Assembly: GCF_009834535.1 (NCBI RefSeq)
Contig: NC_045697.1
Coordinates: 46,936,001-47,000,000 of the forward strand
Direction of reading: 5' to 3'
Origin: Camelus ferus
Taxonomy: Eukaryota
DNA: 64,000 nt
In this document: in pieces, positions 1 through 10,231 of the stretch
Position numbering within the stretch: position 1 is the first letter of the stretch
Layout: every line of letters starts with the position of its first letter
Notes under the pieces: model-generated
What the model was told of the DNA's origin: nothing
The model's database searches: none
The model's input: the letters and a program-made list of their open reading frames with translations, nothing else
Program-made: the position numbers and the translations under genes

Positions 1-80
1 CACATGACCTTCTGAGCTTCTGTAAACTCACAAGCGATGTCTGATTGTGACTATTGCTTATATAACATTAATAAGTGCAC

Positions 81-498
81 TATGATGATCAATTTTATGT
101 GTCAACTTAACTGGGCCACAGTACCAAGATATTTGGTCAAACATTATTCTAGATATTTCTGTGAAGGTGTTTTTGGACGAGACGAACATTTAAAATGGTA
201 GATTTTGAGTCAAGTAGATTCCTCTCCATTGTGTGAGTGGGCCACATGCAAACAGTTGAAGGCCTTAAGAGAACAAAGACTGACCTCTCCCTGGAAGGAC
301 GGAATTCGGCCAGCAGATTGTCTTTGGACTCAAACTTTAACTCTTTCCTGAGTCTCTAGCCTGCCTGCCTCCCCCATCAGATTTAGGACTCACCAAGCCT
401 CCAGAATCACATGTGCCGATTTCTTAAAATAAATCTCTCTATATATAAAATCACACTTCCCATTGGTTCTGTTTCTCCAGATAACCTCGATAAATACA
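81..498 (+). mobile_element. MLT2-family (ERVL) solo LTR with 5-bp TSD
   Basis: Starts tatgatgatcaattttatgtgtcaact, ends attggttctgtttctcc...taaataca, both typical MLT2 termini; perfect TGCAC duplication at 76-80 and 499-503. Confidence 0.9.
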
Positions 499-3183
499 TG
501 CACAAACACAAAAAGTGATGCATTAACATCTATTTTGGCTCTCCTTTTATAACTGATTTTTAGACATTATTTCCAAATTACCATTTAACATCATTTCAGC
601 TTCGCAAAGACTTGAGGTCAAAACCAGGAAGCTCTGGAGAGCTATGTGAACTTATTTATTCATGAAACCAGTTGGTGGGCATATGACATTGTCATCCGGT
701 TCATTTTCATTTTACCTGTGGCAAAATCAGTTCATGTGGACCTAATCTATCCAAAAGGCAGACGACTCTTGAACCCTGTAAGGGAAGACTCTATAAAGGA
801 TGCACAAAGCAGCTCTGTAGTGGGAACATTTCCCTCCTAGCTCCTCAATTAAACATAGCAGCAAAAGCAGCTGGAATTAAGGGAAAGGACAACTCTAGCA
901 CCCAGTAAGAGCCTTAGATGTAGTTTCTATTGTCAGGCAAAGTGCCGTTGGCTGAATTCATGTGAACTTACATTACAATAGGTATATAAAAAGGAGAGAG
1001 AGAAAAATCATAACTGAGAGGAAAAACAGTGGAGCTGATTTTTTACAGCAGTTACCTCTGAAAAAGCTGCATGCACAGTCTATTGAGCATTGTGGCCAGA
1101 ACTCCCAGCTTCAAGGTCTCCATGTCACAGATGGTTTATCCAGAGAAAAATGATAATGGCTGAAAACTGCTTGGGTTTTTATTGTTAATGGGGGCAAGGA
1201 AAGGAACAGACTGATACACCACGAATAATGAAAACATCATTTTCATTGTTATACAGCACAAATTACAGATGAAACAAACTGCTAACTTCAGGTACAATGG
1301 TTGTTGAAATAAGAAGTTTTATGATTTTAAGGACAAAGGAGAAAGGAGACCTGCCTCTTACCCCACAACTCTCCACATCTAAGGCTCCGTGATTACTGTC
1401 AAGTGTCACTATCCACGGAAAAGGAAAGGGATGATAGCCTGGGAATTTCTCTTAATGCCTCTTGATGCACACAGTCAACCATCTTTGATTCTTTTTTGCT
1501 GCCAGAAGAATTATCAGTTGAGAACATTATGTAATCGGGTACGGAGTTATTTGATGCCAAAAAGTATGTACAATGACTATAAGAATGAGATAAGAATGCC
1601 CATGCATTTTTGTTATGATGTATTCAGGGTTCACCTTTCTTCAAAACTGACCATGGTCAACAATTTTAGAGGCAGAATTTGTGTTCAGAATTAAGCAGCA
1701 AACTGTTCCAGCAAATCCTAGTGGGCAATGTACGATGCCTTAACATCCAGAGGGTCACTTGCCAGTAATTATGTGCTTTAACAGGAAATTATTTTCCCTT
1801 CCTTTCAAGGAGAATTTACTGTCTTAAAGAAATTGAGTTATTCTATTTGTTTAAATATTCCTTATGTGCTTGGGAGGGGAAAGAAAGAGACACAAACAGT
1901 TCCTTTTCTACTTTATTTGCATTGAGATAAAAGATCTGCTTCAGCTCTTTTGTTTGTTTGAGTTCTTGGCTACCTTCTGCTTTTCTGGAAATTATCACAC
2001 ACACATTGTTTGCATGGTGACTACTGTGATTTCTCCCTTATTTAGAATCCACAGATGTTTTATACCATCTTTGTTAATATACATCTTGATTTATGTCATA
2101 TTTGATGCTTCAAAGTAAGAAGGCAACAGCTAAATGATTTGATGCATCCAGTTGTAACTCCATCATGGTAATTTTGCTCCTAAAGCAGTCTGGAGCTTTT
2201 AAATACAAACATTTGCATTCCTTCCTCTGGTCTTTAAGTAGCATTGGCTGGGAAGTTTCAAGGAAAAGGAACCACAGCAGGGACCAACCTTCATACTCTC
2301 TACGTGGGACTTTAAATTGTTCCCTGTGATCCACACCATAGGATTCTTACATGGGCTCTCAAAGATATGGAGACCTGGAGAGTGTATGAATGAACAGCAT
2401 CAGGAAACTGTTCTTCCACCTTGTCTCATGTCACCCTTGCAACAGACACCTTGGCATCAGGAATGTGTTGCATTTAAGGAACCAGTAAGCAGATATCCAT
2501 ATATAGTTTCAGTGTCTAATTCTCAAATAAATTGCCCCCAATTCTTCATGTTCTCTGAAAAGATTTCAACTAACTTTCCTTTAAAACCTGGTGATTTTAT
2601 CTCAAAATCATATTCTATCTAACCTACTGTGATCACTAGAGAGTCCCTCAATATTTAAAGAATTTGTTCTTCACACAATTTTGGGGCACCTGACTAAATG
2701 CTGAGAAGGAGTCAGAGAAGGCAAGAGGTGGGCAATAGGAATGCCCAGGACTGGCCTGACAGGTCAGGGGATGGGGGGGGGTCTTCCTCCCCCTGCACGT
2801 CTGGGGTCTCCTCTATCTCCTGTAAGTGCCGTGGCCCCAGAATAAGGGCATCATTGTCATTTCCAACTTCCTAAACTTCAATAGCTCTTTCTAGCTCCAG
2901 GGCCAGCTGAAGCATCAAGGCCTGGCAAAAATCCCACTAGATCATATAAATAACACAGTTCTTATCATTCCAAGTCAACATAAATAAAGCTAAGCTTGTG
3001 CTACTCTGTTTCTCTATATTATGAAATTGCCCAAATCCTTCTGATTTATGGTTTTCAGTCTCTGGAATCAAGAGTGAAGTAGCATGGTTCTTTGGTTTGG
3101 TTTTGTATGTACTTTAAAATATCCTTCCTAAATAACAGAATACCACTTCCCAGTAAAAACTTAGTGGTAATGAAGTTGATGTT

Positions 3184-3652
3184 TGTAGTGGTCAGGGTTC
3201 TCCAGAGAAACAGAACTCATAGGATGGCTGGATGGATAGAGAGACAGAGAGAGATGAGAGAGAGAGAGAGAGAGATTTATTACAGGACTATAGAGATTAA
3301 AACGGCTCACAATCTGTAAGCCAGGGAATGAGGAAAGTCAGAGGTGCAATTCAGAGTCCAAAGCCCTGAGAACCAGATCACTCATGTCCGAGGGCAGGGG
3401 AAAGTGATGTCCCAGCTCAAGCAAAAAGAGCAAATGAGCCCTTTCTCTGCCTTTTTGTTCTATTCAGGCCCTTAGTGGAATAGATTATAACCAACCACAT
3501 TGGTGAGGATGATCTTTGCTCAGTCTACCAATTAAAATGCTAATCTCTTCTGGAAACACCCTCACAGACCCACCCTAAAATAATGTTATTTTTACCAGCT
3601 ATCTGGGCATCCCTTAATCAAGTCAAGTTTACACATAAAATCCACCATCACA
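3184..3652 (-). mobile_element. MLT2-family solo LTR
   Basis: tgtagtggtcagggttctccagagaaacagaac...acacataaaatccaccatcaca is the reverse complement of MLT2 termini; internal (GA)n. Confidence 0.85.
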
Positions 3653-3939
3653 GTTACTGTGCTTGCATTAGCTCATAGGCTTGGATTCATCAATGCTTAG
3701 AGATTTATTTGGTCTGAACGAGTACCATTAATGTCCCAACCTTGGCACTTGGGGTAAAGGGCACTTATCAAGACTCTCCCCATGAAAGGTGAAAATATTA
3801 CTTTCAACCTCCCAATTTGTAAAAGCTCTTAAAAACTATGCTTCAGAAAGACTTCTATTACCACTTCACCATAGTATTAGATGTTAAATAAATCGTACTG
3901 GAATTTTCTGAATCAGTACAGAGCAAACTGAAGGCCGAA

Positions 3940-4200
3940 TGGGGAAAACTTGGGAATCATATTTGATTCCTCTTTGTCTCTGCCCCACACCCAGTCTGTC
4001 AGCAAATTCCAATGGGTATACCCTCCACACGAAGAGAGTCTGACCACATCTCACCACCGCCACAATGGCCATCATGGCTCAAGCCATGGTAATCCCTTAC
4101 CTGGATTATTACCATACCCTCCTTGCCTTGCCTCCAGTCTATATCCCAAGGGTCTGGTCTCAAGATGACTGGCTGTATCCTATCATGTCACTCCTCTGCC
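3940..4200 (+). mobile_element. L2 LINE fragment
   Basis: ggaatcatatttgattcctctttgtctc...tacctggattattacc resembles the L2 3' region. Confidence 0.65.
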
Positions 4201-4204
4201 ATCT

Positions 4205-5180
4205 AGTTTTTGGCTCATGAAAGTTGCCTTCAGTCTAACAGTTGGCTTACAAAGATGCTTCTGGTATGCAGGTATCAAGATCATCTCAAACCCTGTGAGC
4301 AACAGCACTTAAGATGTCTGGACACTCCCATTTACCCAGCATACAGTTACTCAAGTAAATTGCCAGGGGTCTCTTTCGAGAAGGGCTGCAGGAATCATCA
4401 CGCTTCACCCCGGGGATACAGCATCTCCTTCAGTCAATGCATTCTGGGTATGTAATCAGGCTCAGGTCTAGACTCTGGACAGGGGATCACACATTTTTTA
4501 TGGGGTAACTGCTCTCAGCCTCTTGGTCATGCATTCCTCATGTCTTCTGATTATATAAATTAAGTAGTGCCCTTGTTATTTTCCCATTTCTTCCACCTTT
4601 ATGGACACTGTGGTGAACATGGAGATAGCTCTTAGATCCCCTTCAAAGGAGGACTTGTCCCACCTCCTGGGTTAAGTTAGTGGGCAGCCTTCAGGTCCTT
4701 TAACCTTGCCATCCATTACAATAGTTACGTCCGTTCAAGTTCTGATGATTATGCCCTACTATCTGCCCTCTGTTATTCTGGAGTCCTATTATGCCCATTA
4801 CTCTCAGAGGGTGCAGTTCACAAGGGCATTTCCTTCTTTCAGCCCTGTGCTCAGAGCACAGCCACTACTGATGCTGGTACCCTTCTCATTACTATATCAT
4901 TAGTCTCTCCCATAGGACATAGTCTTCTGCTGGGTGTCCAGTCTCACATAAGACATCTACACTAGCATGCTCAGTTCTTTGAGCCTTTTTATTTCTGAAA
5001 GCTGCCTGCCAGTAACTCTTCTGGGGGAAGCAGTTATTCATCCAAAGGATGATCTGTGTGGTCCATCACAGCAACCCCTTCAACACTTAACTAGGATTAT
5101 AATGCTAATAAATGATAACCTGAGTTTGGAGCCCAGGCAGGCAGTTCAATACAGAACTCATACCCCTTCCCACTATTTAG
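4205..5180 (-). mobile_element. ERVL internal relic (degenerate gag and protease)
   Basis: Minus-strand translation gives MGIIGLQNNRGQIVGHNHQ (ERVL gag-like, ~4730-4800) and VTVCWVNGSVQTS*VLLLTGFEMILIP (decayed LLDTG protease motif, ~4270-4350). Confidence 0.7.
4608..4700 (+). mobile_element. LTR16-like 5' fragment
   Basis: tgtggtgaacatggagatagctcttagatccccttcaaagg resembles an LTR16 start. Confidence 0.4.
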
Positions 5181-5347
5181 GAGTATCTAAGAAGTAGCCA
5201 CATACAGACATTTCTAATCTTTCATCCTGAAGTTAAATGAAAGGTCTTTAGCGGGGCTAGGAGAGCCCAGGAGTCATTCTTCACTAGTGAATACCAGTGC
5301 TTCTAAATCATGCATATGGACATGCATAGCTGGAAGAAGCTGCCACA

Positions 5348-6635
5348 TTTGTACGTCTTCATTGGAGAACTGCTTGTTTAGGCCTTCTGCTTATTTTTGG
5401 ATTGGATTGTTTGTTTTTCTGTTATTAAGTTGTATGAGCTGTTTGTTTATGCTGGAGCTTAAGCCCTTGTCAGTTGCATCATTTGCAAATATTTTCCCCA
5501 TTCTCTAGGTTGTCTTTTTGTTTTTAGTTTCCTTTGCTGTGAAAAAGCTTGTAAGTTTAATTAGTTCCCACTTGTTTATTTGTGCTTTTATTTCCATCAC
5601 TAGGGTAGACTGCCCCAGGAGAACATTGCTAAGATTTATGTCAGATAATGTTTTGCCTGCGTGTTTTTCCAGGAGATATACGAATGGCCAATAGACATAT
5701 GAAAAAATATTCAATATTACTAATTTATCATAAAAATGCAAATCAAAACTACAATGAGGAATTATCTAACACTAGCCAGAATGGCCATCATTCAAAAGTC
5801 CACAAATGATAAATCTGGAGAGGGCGTGGAGAAAAAGGAACCCTCTTATACTGTTGGTGGGAATGTAGTTTGGTGCAGCCATTATGGAAAACAGTATGGA
5901 GATTCCTCAAAAGACTAAAACCAGACTTATCATATGATCCAGTAATCCCACTCCTGGGCATATATCCAGAGGGAACTCTAATTTGAAAAGATACATGCAC
6001 CCCAGTGTTCATAACAGCACTGTTTACAATAGCCAAGACATGGAAACAACCTAAATGCCCATTGATAGATGACTGGATAAAGAAGATGTTTTATATTTAT
6101 ACAATGGAATACTACTCAGCCACAAAATAGAATAAAATAATGTCATTTGCTGCAACAAGGATGGACCTGGGGATCGTCATTCTAAGTGAGGTAAGCCAGA
6201 AAGAGAAAGAAAATTGCCATATGATATCACTTATCTGTGGAATCTGAAAAAAAAAAAAAAAAAAGGAAAGAAAGAAACGAACTTACTTACAAAACAGAAA
6301 CAAACCCACAGACATAGAAAACAAACTTATGGTTATGGGTCAGGGCAGTGGGTAGTGGTGGGAAGGGGATGGGAAAGGATAAATTGAGAGTTTGAGATTT
6401 ACAGATACGAACTACTACACATAAAATGGATAAATAATAAGTTTATACTGTATAGCACAGGGAACTATAGTCAATATTTTGCAATAACCTATAATGAAAA
6501 ATAATATGAGAACAAATATATGCATGTATATGTATGACTAAAACTTTATGCTGTAAGCCAGAAATTGACACAACACTGTAAACTAATTACACTTCAATAA
6601 AAAATAAATAAGTAAAAATAAATTAAAAAAAAAAA
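5348..6635 (+). mobile_element. 5'-inverted (twin-primed) LINE-1 insertion with TSD
   Basis: 5348-~5673 is antisense ORF2 (LLEKHAGKTLSDINLSN...INKWELIKL); ~5674-6635 is sense ORF2 C-terminus ([12 protein letters not shown]), 3'UTR and A-tail; TSD aagaagctgccaca (5334-5347) / aaaaagctaccaca (6632-6645). Confidence 0.9.
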
Positions 6636-7959
6636 AGCTACCACAGGTAATTTTAATAACTTTTGTCCCCATCAGAGTTGAGAATCTCTTGTGTAGATGA
6701 AGGAGAAGCTGTCAAGGAAACATTATTGAAATGAGCTTTCAGTGTTGTTTTTAGTCATGTGTTTAAGAGAGAGCTCATCTGTGTGGACAAACACACACTT
6801 GGAAAACAAATCCACAAAATAAGTAGCTACTCAGACTTTGTAGGAAACTGTTTAAAGTATGTAATTAAACTGCCAAATGTATTCTAAAATAAAACTACTT
6901 TTGTTTTTTGCTAAAATAAGTTAACACGTAATTTTGCAACACAATGAGGGGTCTTATAATTTTTTTAAAAATGTAGTTTCAGGAGTGATTCAAGGAAACT
7001 TTTCCGATGTCAGACAATGGGTCTTGTCAGAGAAATTTGTATTATTAAGAGATAGCATTTTCCCACTAATTTATTTCATTTTACATTCTACAGGGAAGTC
7101 ATAAAGTCATGAAAAACAGTACTTTCTAAATGTTCAGATGATAAAACCACAGATTAGCACTCAGAATAAAGGAATTTAAACTCAAGGCAAAACTTCCAAG
7201 CTCTTGATTTTACTTTTTTCTGCCAATTTTATCACTTTCTAACTTTTGTAGTGTTCGCATTCTTCTCAGTGTCTTGTTTCTGAACCAATTTTCTATACCC
7301 ATAAAGGAAAAATAATTCAAATAAATAAGGAAGCAAATAATGAATGCATACTAACTAGACTTTGTGCTAGTTCCACATAGACTCTCCAAGCAGCAGATCA
7401 ACCAAATGTTATTTATGTACCTTTCTGTAATTCATTTTGGCTAATAGCATTTTATAGTAGATTTGTCCTTTTAATCATCATTTGCTAAGTATTCCTAAAT
7501 ACACATCCCAGAACCAGGAGGAGAGAGGCAATCTAAGATTAAACAATGATCATGGCTAAACCACAAAGTAAATAATCCATGAATGGATAGTCACATTTTC
7601 ACTAAAAGTATGAGATCTATGTTACCTTATCCAATAATGGCACTATGTTTACATTAAAATAATTCTTGTTTTCATGCAAAATTCAGATGCTTCATACCTG
7701 TACCTCTCCCTTCACAGACTTTACTGTATGATAACTATAAAATTACTGCTTGTCTACATGCTCATATTTTATCTACAGTCTAGATACGAGGTTGTAAATA
7801 TCTAGATATTTACATACCACAGTGCAGAGACTATTTCCAGTGCCAAGTCTTACATAATGCCACATAATGGAATATAACAAGTATTTATTGACTGGACGAA
7901 TGAACCAACTCCAAAAGGATGTTACATAGCTGGGATTTCAGTGAATGCTGTACTGTCAT

Positions 7960-8230
7960 GTCTTAGCTGACATGTGTCTCCTCCAAGAGGCCTTTCCCGA
8001 ATGTTCTCTCTCAGTTGGCTCCTCACGGATTTCTTTTCTTTTCACAGCACATAATATTGTTTATGATTATAAGTTCACTAACGTGTATTTTTGTTTACTC
8101 TCAGTTCCTCGGCCGCACCTGACTGTAACTTCTGCAACCACAGGTGATACATTTGTCACATTTACCTTTGGACCTCCAGCACCGGGTGCAGGACCCAACA
8201 CACAGTAAACACTCAGAGACTTGAATGAAG
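7960..8230 (+). mobile_element. L2 3' end
   Basis: ctccaagaggcctttccc...cagcaccgggtgcaggacccaacacacagtaaacactcag...tgaatgaa. Confidence 0.65.
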
Positions 8231-8565
8231 CTGGAAAACGATAGCTATGCTTCGTATTATTTGTACTGTATTTATTTCTCTGTGATTCTAAGCATTTGTG
8301 AATTTAGTTTTTAGTACTCTGTTTGCACTTACTAGATTAACCCACCATATTCATAGAACAATACAAACCAATGCCAGAAAATACGATAATATTGTGATAC
8401 AAAAGATCCTGAAACCTTTTTAAGATGAAAATGAAAACAATGTTTCATGTAATATTAACATTAATATGTGTTAATATGCTCTAAACTAGAAAAACTGATC
8501 ATTCACATCGGTACCTCTCTGGGAACTAAGACACCCCATTCTCAATGTTTTTCTCAGAAATGATT

Positions 8566-9318
8566 TGGTTCCAATTATCTATGGCTATATAACAAACCAC
8601 CCCAAAACCTAGCAGCTTAAGACAACAGTATTTATTTTGCTCACAGACCTACAATCTGAACAGGGTTAGACCAGGACAGCCGCTCTCTGCTCCACTCAGT
8701 GTCATCTGAGTGACTTAAAGGCTGGGTCTGGAATCACCTGAATACTTGTTCATTCACTCATCTGCCACCTGGGCTAAGAGCCTGAGGCTGGAGGATGGAG
8801 CTCCTCAATCACTCTCTCCAGCCCAGGTAATCTCCACGTGGCCCCTCCAGCATGATGTCTTCAGCGTCGCTGGTCTTCTTGCACGTGGTTTAGGGATATC
8901 AAGGTGTGTGTCCCCAGAGAGAGAGCCATATCAAAGCAGGACTGGCAACATAATTTTTGAGGCCAAATGCAAATTAAAAATGCAGGGCTCCCTGTTCAAA
9001 ATTACTAAGAATTTTAAGACAATGACAACAGAGCATGAAACCAAGCTCTGGGGCCTTCTGAGTGTGGGGTCCTGTGCAACTGCTCAGGTCACACACCCGG
9101 GTTGCTGGCCTTGATGGAAGCCATTCTGTATTTCATGATCTGGCATCACGCAGCATCATATCTGCTGCATTCTGTTCACCACAGTAGTCACAAAGGCTCA
9201 CCCAATTTCAAGAGAAAGAGAAATAACTACACATCTTGTTGGGAGTGACCATGACATGGGAGAGCACATAAGGTTGGAAAAATTACTATAGTCATTTCTG
9301 AAAATACAGTCTACCACA
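8566..9318 (-). mobile_element. MLT1 (MaLR, MLT1G/H-like) solo LTR interrupted by a MER45A-like element
   Basis: ataacaaaccaccccaaaacctagcagcttaagacaac...aaaatacagtctaccaca are MaLR reverse-strand termini. Confidence 0.8.
8937..9113 (-). mobile_element. MER45A-like hAT-Tip100 MITE
   Basis: About 177 bp, caggactggcaacataattttt...gctggccttg, matching the MER45A reverse complement; degenerate flanking duplication atcaaag/atggaag. Confidence 0.8.
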
Positions 9319-9399
9319 TGTTTGCTATAAATGACTGGCATTCTTTCGGAGAATAGAAACGTAACAAACTTAGAAAATTCATACTGACAACTATAACAG

Positions 9400-9575
9400 G
9401 CACCACATATTTAGGGAACTTCCTCTACGTGGGGTGCTGACTGAGCACTTCAGAGACTTCATCTCATTCCATCCCCGTGACTCCCCACTCAGTAGGTGCA
9501 GGGCCAGCACCCTGTTACAGAGCTGGCACCGTGGAGAGGTGGGAAGTGACCGCACAGTGAATAAGCAACAGAACA
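9400..9575 (-). mobile_element. MIR-like SINE
   Basis: gagcacttcagagacttcatctcattccatcccc...cacctgttacag...ggagaggtgggaagtgaccg. Confidence 0.5.
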
Positions 9576-9749
9576 GGGAGCTGACCCAGGTCTGATGGTA
9601 AGAATGCTTATCACTGTTCAGTGTTGTTGAAGTAAATTTCCCAAGAGACAAATTCTGACAGGACTGTGCTCATCCCCTGCCTCCCACCACTAGATGACTC
9701 CGTCACGGTTAGCTGCAGTGGGCACCTACGAGGCTGTCTCTGCAGCTCA

Positions 9750-10231
9750 TAACTTCCTTATCTCTGCTGACTCTCCTTCCCTCCGTCTTCATGGTGCACA
9801 CGTTCATATGCCTGACTCCAACGCCCTGGCTATATTGGGAGAAACTGGGGCAGAGTTTCACCCCTGGAATGGAAGGCAGGAAGAGAGAGAGAGAGACAGA
9901 TAAAGATCGGTTGACTTGGTCTGTCTTCAAGATCTGCACCTGAGATACACAAAATCTGGACACTCCATGCAGTTCTATTTTCCATCTTCTGTTCTGAGGA
10001 AAATAGAGTAGATTTATAGAAAAAGAAAAGAGTTAAGTGAGTAGAGAGCAGCAAGACTTGCAAGAGAGAACCAATAATATTTGTATGGATTTTCTCAGAC
10101 TGTTGCTGAGGGCCAACTGTATCCCTGATCCTGAGATAACTACTTGTCCTTAGGATACACTTTCATGTTCTGCTATTGTTGGCTTAGGTGGTAGTTCATT
10201 ATGTGCTAGCAAAACAATCCTAACACATGCA
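9750..10231 (+). mobile_element. Old MaLR LTR (MLT1J-M like)
   Basis: Ends ...tgtgctagcaaaacaatcctaacacatgca, resembling an MLT1 3' terminus; heavily diverged. Confidence 0.45.

Noticed and set aside
8452..8477. AT-only hairpin atattaaca...tgttaatat (a similar one near 42670) as miRNA or terminator
   Set aside because: The stem is only 9 bp and AT-rich, too short for a pre-miRNA.
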